Assembly (NCBI GenBank): GCA_020536535.1
Contig: JAHLWZ010000913.1
Coordinates: 1 to 49,129 of the forward strand
Length of the DNA stretch: 49,129 nt
From: Pelomyxa schiedti
Lineage: Eukaryota > Protista > Evosea
Direction: 5' to 3'
Shown here piece after piece: positions 20,493 through 38,851 of the stretch; within the stretch, counting starts at the first letter, position 1, and each line of letters begins with the position of its first letter. The notes under the pieces are model-generated. The model did no database searches. It saw only the letters and a list, made by a program, of their open reading frames with translations, and had not been told where the DNA came from. The translations under genes were made by a program, and so were the position numbers.

Positions 20493-22293
20493 ATGAAGGC
20501 TCTTGTGTTGGCTGTGCTCGTAATCGTGGCAATTTGTCCCATCATTGATGCACAGATGGATTCGAGACGGGACTCCATAAAGCAGGTACCTGAGCACTTT
20601 GTTTTTGGGTTTACACTTGACATCAAAATGGAAAGTTTGCTTTAGTAATTGTTGGGTTGGATGTTATGTAGGCAATGAAGCACAGTTGGGAAGGATATGT
20701 GCAGTATGGGTGGGGAATGGACAACATGAAAACAATCTCAGAGGAAGGATACAACTGGTTATATATGAACCTGACCGTGGTGGATGCAATAGACACCCTT
20801 TGGATTATGGGACTAACTGACGAGTACAATGATGCCAGGGCAGTGATAGAATCCTACGGATTTGCTCCAGTTGGGTTTTTTGCTTAAGCATGAATATTTC
20901 AAGAAAACTCACAAAATGGCCAACAGGACAAATTTATATCACTATTTGATGTAACAATGAGAGTAATAGGAGGCCTTTTGAGTGCGCACTCCCTTACTGG
21001 GGATGAATTGTTCCTGTCAAAAGCAGAAGAATTGGAACGGAGGTGAGCTTTTCCCTTACCACTTTATTATTGATGATTGTTCAGGCTTCTCCCAGCTTAT
21101 GACACCCCATCAAAGATTCCCTATAATAGCATTAACCCACAGAGGTAATTTCTACTACAGAACTGTGGTTTTGGTTATTTCTCTTACTGCCTTCAGTTCC
21201 AAGGCAAGGCCCGATCTTACAACAAACCTGGCGCAGGCTGGTACATGTTTGATGGAGTTGTACTACCTATCCCATCACACGGGAGATAACACCTTTTCTG
21301 AAACTGCAGCAACTGTTGTGGATTCCATTGTTCAGATGCCTCACGATATACCAGCCCTGTACCCTATCTACATTGACCCAGTTACAGGGAAACCCAACAA
21401 GGTACTTTGTTTCAAAACAATTCATTTTATTTGCTCACGGTCTTGCTCTATACAAGGACACTGTTTCTATTGATTGTGACGGGGATAGTTTTTATGAGTA
21501 CTTAGTCAAGACCTGGGTTCTGCTTGGGGGGCCCAACTCGGATAGTGAAGATGCATCTAATTACAGGGGCATGTGGGACGATTCCATGGATGCCACAATT
21601 GGTGGGGACTTTATGTATCCTTGTTCTCTTGTAACTACCGTACCAGAATACCTCATCAAAGTGAGTTCACCTTCAAGCTTTTATTACACGACCAGTATGA
21701 CCAGGAACATTCCAGATAATGTCATGGGGCATCTTGGCTGCTACGCTGCAGGAATGTTTGCCCTTGGAGCGAATGCGTTCAACTCCAGCATCCCGAATGG
21801 CAATTACCTAAGCAACACTCATATGCAAATTGCTAAGGAGCTAATACGAACTTGCCATGAGACCTACATCAGTACAGCCACAGGCATTGGCCCGGAAAAA
21901 TTCAAGGTGATACAGTAATTTCGGAATTTCCTCTTACACACATTAAAGTTCCATGAAGGCTCAGATTTTTCCATTCAATCACCAGAATACCTACTGCGAC
22001 CTGAAGTAGTGGAATCCTATTTCTATCTCTGGAGGTATACACATGATGAAATGTACAGAGATTGGGGTTGGGATGCGTTCACCGCAATAAATGCTACATG
22101 CTATGCACCTGCCGGATTTACCGATATTGCTAACGTGGATTCACTGAGCACTTCATTACTCAATGACCAAGACCCTTATTTCCTGGCTGAGACACTCAAA
22201 TATTTGTACCTTTTGTTTTCTGAGGATGAACTTGTGCCTCTTGACAAATTTGTCTTCACCACGGAAGCACACCCGCTATCGATATTTGTCTAG
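20493..22293 (+). CDS. Class I alpha-1,2-mannosidase (glycoside hydrolase family 47) with N-terminal signal/anchor; multi-exon
   Basis: MKALVLAVLVIVA signal; HSWEGYVQYGWG, VDAIDTLWIMGL, IGGLLSAH, DSFYEYLVK, HLGCYAAG, LRPEVVESYFYLWR, FLAETLKYLYLLF, TTEAHPL. Confidence 0.93.
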
Positions 22294-22424
22294 AAAAGAG
22301 ACAAACACAGGGTTGTAAATTTAGAAAAAAAAAAAGCTAAAAATTTTACACTATGCCCGCACATTACTGAGAAATCGTGTTTCACAACGGCCACAAGATG
22401 TAGGAAGAAAAAACTTTTGATGTT

Positions 22425-23914
22425 CTATGTTCTTTTAGCTTTTTTCATTTGGGCTGGGTGGTCTCTGATGAAAACAACAGTGTTGTCTGGAATATCTTCT
22501 TGAATCCAGGAGTTTGCTCCAATGCTAACGTTGTCTCCAACTGTTATTGGGCCTGGGGATGAATGTAAAGTTAAAATAAGGATAAAAGAGGGCAAGAAAA
22601 GAATTACCTAGAAGTTTTGCACCGGTACCAATGACAACGTGATTACCAACGGTAGGATGCCGTTTGTAGCCTCCTTTCTTCAATGATTTGGTGGTCTCGT
22701 CAATCTCAAAGTGTAGGGCACCAAGAGTGACGTTTTGATAGAGGCGACACCAACTTCCAAGTTCTTTTGTTTGTGTTTTTGTGTGGCAAGTAGAATGAGT
22801 AGGTGTTAAAACCTGCTGTTTCACCAATGACAGTGCCAACACCATGGTCAATGAAGAAGAACTAACACAAACGTGATTATAATAAACAAGCACAGAAGTG
22901 GAGTTACTTCGCCGATTTTAGCACCAGGGTGAAGGTCAATGGCAGTAAGCCTGTGGACCATTTCACACAGCTCTCTTGGGTACACAAGGGCTTTTAGTAG
23001 ATAAAGTTCATGAGCTACGCGTTGAATCATGACTGCAGCCAAACCTAGCATTGTCTAAGTACCGAGGTTCCCATGGATACAAGAAAGGCACACTAGGGTA
23101 GCAGCGAATGATTTCCGCAAAAGAGGCAGCAGCAGGGTCACCTTGGTACGCAGCCAGCACTGTATAAAGCTAGTCAGAATAAAAAAAGAGCGGAGAGCCA
23201 AGAAACCATCTTTTTTCAAAAGCTCACGTATAACTCCAAACTGCAGAAACAGTGTGCCAAGCATAGTTGAAACAACACTAACATCCTGGTGATATGGGAA
23301 CATTCCGTCAAACATCACTCCTGCCAGGTGATACAACTTTTCGCGTAGGAGAGCTTTGTTCTGAGGAACACATAGTTCATAGCAGTTGTAGAACCTCGGC
23401 CACATAACCTTGTAGGAAGAGAAAAGAACAGAAGTACAGTAATCAGGAAAACTTTGAGGCCACGCCACAATTAAATCCAAACCTCCATAAGCAAGTCCAG
23501 CTCAGTGAAAGTTGTCCTTGTAGGAAACGTGACATATCTCGTGATGGAGGATGACGAAGACGACTTTGTTGAATGCAGCTGCCGCAAGCTGACTTCGCTG
23601 CTGCCGTTGGGCGTGTCTTCGAGTCCAACAACGGGCGCCACTGCCGGCGAGGGCGGCGGTTGCGCTGTTTCCGACGGCGTCGGAGCCGTCGAAGCGGGAG
23701 GAGGGGGCTGGACGGTAGTTGTTACGGCGCAACCGCCCAGAACGGAAGAAGAGGACGACGAAGATTGAGGAGCGAGGCTCGATGCTGCCACGAGGGAGGT
23801 GAAACGTCGATCTTCCGAGTCCGCATCGTAACTACGCTGTAGAGCCGAGAGCACATCGTCAGATGCGATAGTGTCCAGGAACGGAGCCAGGGGCACAGGC
23901 CAGACGTATGTCAT
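22425..23914 (-). CDS. cysE: Serine O-acetyltransferase (cysteine biosynthesis), Entamoeba-type; multi-exon
   Basis: [61 protein letters not shown]...[20 protein letters not shown] hexapeptide beta-helix; stop at 22425-22427. Confidence 0.93.
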
Positions 23915-24066
23915 CCTCCTCTAGTGATCTTTATTTTATTATCTAAATGACACCAAAGACGCCACGCGCAACTGGCCCTCAGAGCAGGGAACTCAGATCA
24001 AAGTAAATTGTTTTCGAGAAGGGCGACAGCCCGAGAAATCTCAAGGAGAAAAAAAAAAAAAAAAAA

Positions 24067-26692
<2,626 letters not shown>

Positions 26693-26894
26693 TTTTCATG
26701 TTCCCACCTTTGTTGTCGTGGACGAGACCCACCGTGTACAAAACACACCAACATCACCAAAATCCACGACCAAAATTGGACCCTGAAGCGCACACCAAAA
26801 AAAAAAAAAGTGCCAGAGTTGGTGCAGTTGCAAGTCGGGCGGAAAGGGGGGAAAAAAAACCCCAAAGAAATCAAAGCTCCACACCACCAAATTA

Positions 26895-30411
<3,517 letters not shown>

Positions 30412-31067
30412 TAGAAACGAACCTACCTACCCATTTTTGAACAAACATAAGAAACCGTTGTTAAACGGTTGGAATGCCACACGAGCGCAAGTGCAACATT
30501 AGGGAAACCACACACACGAAAGAAAACCTAACAGTTGGGTGCCTACTTCTATTCGTCAAAAACAGACACTAACGCCTTTCATTGACAATCACACAAACCG
30601 CTGAGCCATGTTCAGAGAATATCCGTGAACCAGGTGCACTGAAGATTGCGTTTCTCAAGCAACAACAGTTCCGAGGGCGGTCGTGGAATTCCGAGCACCG
30701 TACGCCGGGGGGTTTGAACTTCGGGGGTGGATTTCGTGTCAATTTACCTTTGTCATTTCGGGCATTCCGCGATTGCGCGTTTTTTCCGTCTTTCACCCCA
30801 GCCTGATGCGGAAGGGAGGGATCTGTGGTAGCGATCAAGGAGGAAAATGTGCGCAGGGAAAGCAATTTAGGCGAGATAATCAAGAAGCCGTGGTACGGAA
30901 AAAACAAATAATCAGCTGATGATATTTGATCAGTTCAAAAAACCCTCTACCGTTCACTTTATAAACGAAGCAAAAAAAGCTGTACCAAAACACAAACAAT
31001 AAAACAAACAAAAGCAAGAAAGAACCTAGCAACACAGCAACCAATACAAAAATAACTGACAACAAGA

Positions 31068-32021
31068 ATGAACTTCCCCATCGAATGTGTGGACGCTGAA
31101 ATGGCCAACAACAACGAGACCCCAGTGCAAGGCAGAAAAACCTCCACAACATCATACGGACTTTCCCGTGACTCGCACAAAAGGAGCAGGGCTCATGCTC
31201 GTGACTCAGTAGGCAGCAAGACATCCTATCCCACAATCCCGATTCAGGCAGTTAATGCCGACGATACCCAACGGCTGGCCGACGGACTCTCCGAGCTCCT
31301 CCTTCGCATCGTAAATGCACCCGGGCCCAGCGTCGGCCCCCAGCCTCAGCAAAACAACAACCCATCACGAGGCACCAAGACGATCTTTGACGGCTCGCGA
31401 GGCCGCGCTCCCACAATTTCGCTTTACGACTTCACGCTCCGCGTGAGCCGGCACTCTGGGTGCACGAGGGCGGCGCTTGTGGCGGCCTTGGTGTACTTGG
31501 ATCGGCTAATGGTCAAGCACCCATTCCTGACCTTGACCGAAACAAATGTCCACAGGCTTCTATGGACATGGTAGGCCTTTTCTTCCTCTTTTTTTTTCCC
31601 GATTTTTCTGACCACCTTGGTAGCGTCGTAGTGGCCATCAAATACTTCGAGGATAGCTTCTATAGTAACGCGTACTATAGTAAAGTCGGGGGTGTTACAT
31701 TGGTGGAGATGAACCACTTGGAAGTAACACTGCTGCTCGCGCTGGGGTTTGACCTCTTTGTCACCCCAAAGCAATACCAGCAATACGACGACGCACTGAC
31801 TTCATCGTGTGGTAAGATCACCAAATCCCGTGGTGTTCAGTGATGGCTTACCTTTTCCCCTAGACTATGCTGCAGTAAGAAAAGCCCAAAGAGAAGCGAG
31901 CCTGACACTCGCCGCGATGGTCTGCCCTGCCCACTACATGCAGCCGATGCAGATCTCTCCACCTGTACAGTGCACATCCACAACACAGCCGATGAAGAAG
32001 ATCCCGGCATCATCCTCATGA
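31068..32021 (+). CDS. Pho80/CYCU(P)-type cyclin
   Basis: PTISLYDFTLRV...ALVYLDRL...TNVHRLL, KYFEDSFYSNAYYSKVGGVTLVEMNHLE; two short GT-AG introns. Confidence 0.9.
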
Positions 32022-32101
32022 TTCCGGCCCAGGATCTCCTGTGCACAAACAACCAAAATCACACACCATGTAGATTCCACAACTGTAGTGAGTCGTGGAA
32101 T

Positions 32102-32575
32102 TTAAATATAATTATTTATTCCGGCACCCTCGTTTGTTCTCGCTTTTTCAGTTTCTTCGAACTCCCAACTTGGTCCCAGATCCAAGATACCGCGGTCCCC
32201 AGAGGACCAGTCAGAAAAAAACACCGCAACTGTGGGAAGCATTTTTGGCTTAGTCACTATTGGTGTGGGAATGTTCCACTGCAGGGAAAATGTCATGTTG
32301 GATAGCTTCTCGGAGTGGAAAGTGGATTGGTGGGTGCAGGACTGACTTGGGTCGCTATCGTAATGGGGTTGTTGTGGTTGTGTTGGGTACGGCAGAGTAC
32401 AGTTCAGTAAAGTACAGCCAGTCAGTGCGTCATGATGAAACTGTACATAGGTTAGAAGGGAGAGTGGTACGAGAGTGGAGGAGAAGATTAAGTTATACCT
32501 TGCAGCGTCTGTGAAAAAAAATCCTTGTGTAGAAGAAGGTATTCTTATTTCCAATCTCGCACTTCCAGAACCACT
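32102..32575 (-). CDS. Hypothetical gene, 3' part only; no recognisable domain
   Basis: Clear minus-strand intron GTATAAC...CTAAC...TACAG (~32443-32498) followed by a ~113-codon open frame to TAA at 32102; 5' end not resolved. Confidence 0.3.
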   Translation of the reverse strand, partial: SGSGSARLEIRIPSSTQGFFFTDAARYNLIFSSTLVPLSLLTYVQFHHDALTGCTLLNCTLPYPTQPQQPHYDSDPSQSCTHQSTFHSEKLSNMTFSLQWNIPTPIVTKPKMLPTVAVFFSDWSSGDRGILDLGPSWEFEETEKARTNEGAGINNYI

Positions 32576-33132
32576 ACCGAACAACAACCACGGTTCTGTG
32601 AGCTATTTGGAGAAAGGCTTCGCTAGTTGGGGAAATCAGGTTCTCTTGTTTCTTGTTTGTATGCAAAAAACTTCGGTTTGCTTGCAACCGGCGTTGTGGT
32701 TCCCTTTCATGGTCAGCCAAAAGCACCACACGAAATCACCTCAACAAACATCATTCCCAGGGGTTGATGGCAACAGCCCACAACTGACTGCCCTGTCAAA
32801 GTTGTTGTTCCTTTGCTCCACGTCATCCCCTTTTTAATGTGCACGGTAACCAATCATGCAAGACTAGCCATCCGCACAAGCTCCAAGTTGGGTTCATCAT
32901 GATGGCAGAAGTGTCACCCAACTTAGACCAAACACTGCACACTACAACCGACACCGTGCCAAAAACTACACATAACGACAGGTCATTTCGAACAACAAGA
33001 CTGCGTACAGCCTCTGGGAGCAAAAACTTTGCGCGCCAACTTTTTCGGTTTTTAAAGGAAAATTTTTTGGAAATAAAACATAAACAAAAAAAAGGCGGCA
33101 AGAAACAGCATGCACAGTGAAGGCCAAGTGGT

Positions 33133-33230
33133 GCATTTTGGGAGCAGCAAGGCGCATTTGGGAGCATTTGGGAACATTTGGGAGCAAAGAGTGGGTGGTT
33201 GTGCAGCATTTGGGAGCAGAGCAGTTTGGG
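33133..33230 (+). repeat. Clustered 10-bp repeat CATTTGGGAG in intergenic DNA
   Basis: Tandem copies at 33155, 33165 (one mismatch) and 33175; further copy at 33207; variants at 33134 and ~33222. Confidence 0.8.
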
Positions 33231-34122
33231 TGGTGGTGGTGCATGCATCATTTTTGGGGATAGTGGGGTGGGATACATAATAACATCAGCCATTCTGATA
33301 GATAATACAGGCGGGGGAAAATATTATTAATGCCTCGTATATTTGTAGCTGTGTGCGGTTGGTGCCGGTTCGCCCCTGAAACGCCATCAACCACCCTCGG
33401 ATGTAAACACCTTCCTTTAAAATCAAAAAGATACTCTTTCTTTATGTGAGGCGTGGGCAGTAGCATTCGGCACTACTACTGGTAGTGCCAATACGACTTG
33501 GCAGGGTTCTGTTCCCTCACTAATTTTGTGAGAAGCAAGTGAGAACTCGAGGGAAAACCTACCTTGACGAGCATGAGAAATAGGGAGGTCACTGTGACAA
33601 GCGTGGCTCCAACGCGTCGCAGACCGCCAAAGAAAAGAAAATAGGTTCACAAGGAGCGGAAAGCACGGCTCGAAGAGCAAAGGGTATCCGGATCAGAACC
33701 ACCTACAAACGAACGACAGCCCCCGCATCGCCTTCGTGTTTTTATCGGATTTCGGGGATGGGGCCCAATGAGCCTGATATCCTGGATGATAGGTGGCTGA
33801 CACAATCAACCAGGACACCGCCTTCCTGTGCGGTGCACAAGATCCCTCTTTGCACCTTTTATTGTTCGCCCGTGTATTTGTTGGCATCACCGTCCCCTTG
33901 ATCTTGCGTTCATTTTCCCCAAAAAAAAAAACAAAAAATAAAAAAAAAAAACCCCACTAAGCAAAGGTCGTTGTCATCAGAGACCAAGACCGAAACACGG
34001 GACAACAACAGTCTTCTTCCGAAGAGGCAGCAGCAGCATCATCATCAGCGTCAAGCGACGACAGCCAGCACCGACGCAACCCGGGCAGCAGCCGTCGACG
34101 ACAGAAGGGAGGTGGTGATAAA

Positions 34123-37100
34123 ATGTCAACCAACAACGACTCGAGGGCCGCCAGCAAGTCCAAGTATTTCGATGAATCTCACAGTGAAGAGACTGAACGG
34201 TTGCTTCCGTTGGTCCCCCCGCCAGCTACAATCCCCGACCTGCCACATGTCAAAGTAACTTCCTCCTGCAAAAGTCTCACTGTATTTTGACCCTCCTTTT
34301 TTTTTTTTTTCCCTATATCCCAGAAACCATCACCATTGAAAAAGTTCACGGTGATCTTCACTTTGCAATGGTGGTTACGATTTTCTTGGGCTGTTCGAAT
34401 AAAAACCCACTTTGAATACAAATATTTGGTAATTTCTTACACCCAGCACCTTACACACAGTGTGAATATTCATATACCGTGCATTTCAGGCTAGAACCAT
34501 AAACCTTCCAGTTCCCCCCAATCAGAAGCACAAGTTTCCCTCCAATGCTATTAAAAACAATCGTTATAATGTACGAGTCTTTCTTTCTCATACTGTACTC
34601 AGACCTTTTTTGTAGCCTATCACTTTTTTGCCCCTTGCACTGTTTCTGCAATTCAAATACTTTTACAATCTGTATTTCTTGTGTCTTGCTTGCACACAAT
34701 TTATTTCTGTATTACAAGTTGGTGCGTGTCATCCCTCATATTGTACATCCTAATGGAAATAGGGTACCTTTTTACCTACTGGCTACCTCTTATGTTTGTG
34801 GTGGGCCTTGCCCTATGCAAGGAAGCGTATGACGATATAAAAAGATGGAAACAGGATAATGTTGTTTCCACAAAACTAATTATTATCAATTCACTCATCA
34901 TACTAGCATGCAAATAACCAAATGTATCAACGGTTACTCCCATCAGGGGACTTGGTACCAATTTCTTCAGCTGGTATACAAGTTGGTCACATTATTGTTG
35001 TCAATGTGAATGAACGAGTATGACTGTCATCTCTACATACCAAATTGTCACCAACTTCCAGGTTCCAGCAGACTTGGTTCTTTTAAAAACTACTGATAAA
35101 AGTGGTGCATCATTTATAAGGACAGACCAACTTGATGGAGAAACAGACTGGAAATTAAGGTTTGTCATAACAGCTTTTACTGCTAATACCTTTTTTCCAG
35201 ATTACCTATAGCAAAGACTCAAAGGATGTCTAACCAAGAAATAGCTGGCCTCTCTGCAGCCGTATATGGTACTTCACACTTGGCGGAACCTTGAAACTAA
35301 GTTATCATTCAAGCTGAGGAACCCAAGAGAGAAATTTACTCTTTTGTTGGAAAGATAACGTATGAAGATGGTTCTCCTGGTGCAGTTACGTCTGATTTTA
35401 ATGGAAACACTGATTCTAACATTAGATGGTTGATGTTAAGATACAAAGTTGCATCAGTTTGGTTTTCGTAATAGCTTATTATCTATGCGTTTATATTAGG
35501 AGACAAGAAGTGCTCTGAACAGGGCAGAACCTTGTTCAAAAACAGGAATCACTGAGCAGGAAATCAATAGCACAACCCAAGTTACCACGTTTTTCTTTTG
35601 TTTCTTGTGACAAGACAATAGTACTTATTTCTCCTGCTGGCTGGTTTGGCGTTCTTACTGGTGGCATGTACTGGGTTCACTGGGTTTTGGTACATCTACA
35701 TTTTCCGATTTATTATCTTGTTGTCCTCCATTATTCCCATCAGGTAGAATTTCTCGACAAATGTTTCTCCTATTCACCAAACAATAGTATGCGTGTGAAC
35801 CTTGATTTTGCTAAGATGTTTTATGCAATTTTGATAATGATGGACCCAAGGATCAAAGGTCCCTATCATCCTTCCCATCATCTTTTCTTTTTTCTGAGAG
35901 TACCAAGGTACTATTGTCAGGAACAGTAACTTACCAGAACAACTTGGGCGCATACACTATTTGCTCTCTGATAAAACTGGCACACTCACACAAAATGGTG
36001 AGTTTTGGTTAGGCTAAGTGTTTCCACTCATTATACTCAGATATGACTTTCAAGAAGCTTCACATGCAAAATGTTTGTTTCCGCTCGGAGGATCTCGATG
36101 AATTGCATGAAATAATCACAGAGCAGGCCGCTCCTAGTGCTGGGACACGGCAGAGAGGTCTTCAACCTCCTTTCCCCTTCTTTTAATATCTTCTAGCTGT
36201 CAAGCATAATAAGGGTATAAACAATCAAGTTTTGAACTGTGTGAAGGCACTTGCCCTCTGTCATAGTGTTACTCCAGTTCGTGAGCATGAGGACAGTGAT
36301 GAAATAACATACCAAGTACAAACCCTTTTTCTCCACTATTTTTCTCACTAATAATAGGCTGCCAGTCCAGATGAAGTGGCCCTTGTCAAATTTACTGAAA
36401 AAGTTGGAATGACTCTGCATGAGAGGGATCTGCACACCATAATCCTGAGGAACTCCTCTAATGATTTTGAGGTATGAACCTCAGCACATTCAAAGTCTAA
36501 GTATATTCTAGAAATATGAAATACTTGAAACATTCCCATTTGCATCAGCTACTAAGCGAATGGGGATCATTTTGAGAGATGGCAATGGTATTATCACATT
36601 TTGGATGAAAGGTTCCTTTTTATTTATTTGTCTTTACTGTATTTAGCATTTCTCAGGAGCTGATGTTGTCATGGGAAATATTGTTCGACAAGAAGGCAAT
36701 GAATGGTCTCTATCCATATCCTGGTGGCAGGAATAACAATTTTTGTAGGATGCAAGAAGAAACTGGAAACATGGCCAGGGAGGGACTAAGAACTCTTGTC
36801 TTTGGCAGCAAAGTGCTATCTGAAGAGGAATATGATGATTTCAGACACAGGTAACTCTATTTTGAATCCAACTATTAACAATTTTCTTCTGCAGGCTTCA
36901 TGAAGCTCAATGTTCCATTGAAAAAAGGGATATAAATATCCGTGCTGTTATAGATTCACTTGAAGTGAACTTGGACCTTCTTTGTGTTACTGGTGTGGAG
37001 GATAAATTGCAAGTGAGATTTTCCCTTGTCAGTTCTTCTAAGCTTAAATGCGCAAGGACGGCGTTATGGAAACTCTGGAGAAACTTAGGGATGCCGGAAT

Positions 37101-38746
37101 AAAAACCTGGATGCTCACTGGTGAGAACTTTACACAAGGGAGTGGAAATAATACTAAAAAAGGAGATAAACTGGAGACCGCCACTTGCATTGCCATTAGC
37201 ACAAAACTTTTTACTCAGGCCCATCCAATTAAGTCTATTAGTGTCAAAACCGCAGCCGATTTGCTTGCAGAACTTGAAGATTTCTTTGCACATTCAGATT
37301 CGTACATTGTAATTGGTAGGCAACAGCCACACTGTTGGTTTTCAAAATCCAATAACTATCTAGACGGAACCTCATTGCAGCTTTGCCTTGATCATTACCG
37401 ACCTCACTTCTTCATGGCCGCTCAACGGTCACCTGGAGTGGTATGCTGTCGGTGCTCCCCAACACAAAAGGCAATTTCCATTCTTTTTCCATGGGAAAAA
37501 CTTTTGTAACATCAACAGGCTGAGATTTGCAGACTTTTCTCTGATTACTCGTCTCTTCAGACATGTGCCATTGGAGACGGTGGGAATGATGTCAGTATGA
37601 TCCGTGCAGCCGATGTGGGCATTGGAGTGGAAGGTAAAGAAGGAAGACAGGCTGCCATGGCCTCTGATTTTTCAGTAGCACAGTTCAAACACATTTTAAG
37701 GCTTATTGGTAAGATTTGTAGAAGAAATCCTACTTACTTACAACTCTCCTTTTTTTATAGTGTGGCATGGACGAAATTCCTGTAAGAATGAAGTTGGTAG
37801 GTTTTTTCTTACTCATTCTAGACAAGAGATCAGCAATGTTGTCACAGTTCATCATCCACCGTGGTGTAACCATTTCCTGGATTCAAGTTATTTACTCTGC
37901 GGTATACTACTGGTCAGCGAGTGCTATTTTTACTGGATGGCTGCTTGTTGGGTAACTAAATCAAACACTGCTCCCTCTAACAGACCAAACAAGATACCCC
38001 ACCATTTATACTATGGTTCCATTCTTCTTCCTTGTGCTTGACGAGGTATGGCTTTTTAAGACAACGAACATCTCTTCCCTGAAACTAATGTTTTCCTGTC
38101 GTGCACTTTATTTTCTAGGATATACATGATTACATTGCTCTTCGGTTCCCTGAGTTATACCGTGACTTACAAAAAGGACGTATGCTTTCTATGAGATCGT
38201 TTTTTGAGTGGAATTTTATCTCTATGTATCAGGTATACTCTCTCCTCTCATAACGAACTAAAAAGGCCAGGGGTGTGTGATTATGATAGTCACAATATTT
38301 CTCTTCGAAACAAATTGGCTGAATGTCGAAGGCATATCTTTCACAGCACTGATCTTCAATGAGCTACTCAACTTGGCCTTTGAAACCCACACTTGGACAA
38401 TACTAATCTTCCTTGGTCAAATTATTACCCTTGTCCTGTATGTTGGCTCTCTGTATATTTTCGCAGGCTACTTTGGTATCACTTCTTTCCCTTTTCCTGC
38501 AGAACAGTGTTTAACTGCTGGCACCAGACACGGCTTCACTTCTTACTTGGGAGTGGTGGGGGAAAGTCCTGCTTGTTACACTAGTCAGTTGTTTACCTGT
38601 ATCCCTTGTCAAGGTACTACCTTTCTCCTGTTACTTTTGCTCACATATTTAAGTGGATATACCGAAAGTGGAGGCCACCAGGCTACGAGGTGCTGAAGAA
38701 GTCACTACCTTCAGAACACAAGGGTTGCACTTTCATAAACTGCTAA
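34123..38746 (+). CDS. ATP9: P4-type ATPase phospholipid flippase, ATP9/Neo1 subfamily; very intron-rich
   Basis: [14 protein letters not shown] (ATP9/Neo1-type), [79 protein letters not shown]-terminal transmembrane segments. Confidence 0.92.
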
Positions 38747-38851
38747 AATAAGAGATAAATACTTTTTTTTTTCCTATTTACTTTGAGTACCAAGAATACA
38801 GTCCATAGTATGGGAAACATTAATTATTAACAAAGGCTGGGTGGCCGAATA

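Noticed and set aside
30699-30722. tRNA 3'-half-like sequence (reverse complement GTTCAAACCCCCCGGCGTACG)
   Set aside because: No T-stem pairing and no matching acceptor or anticodon arm.
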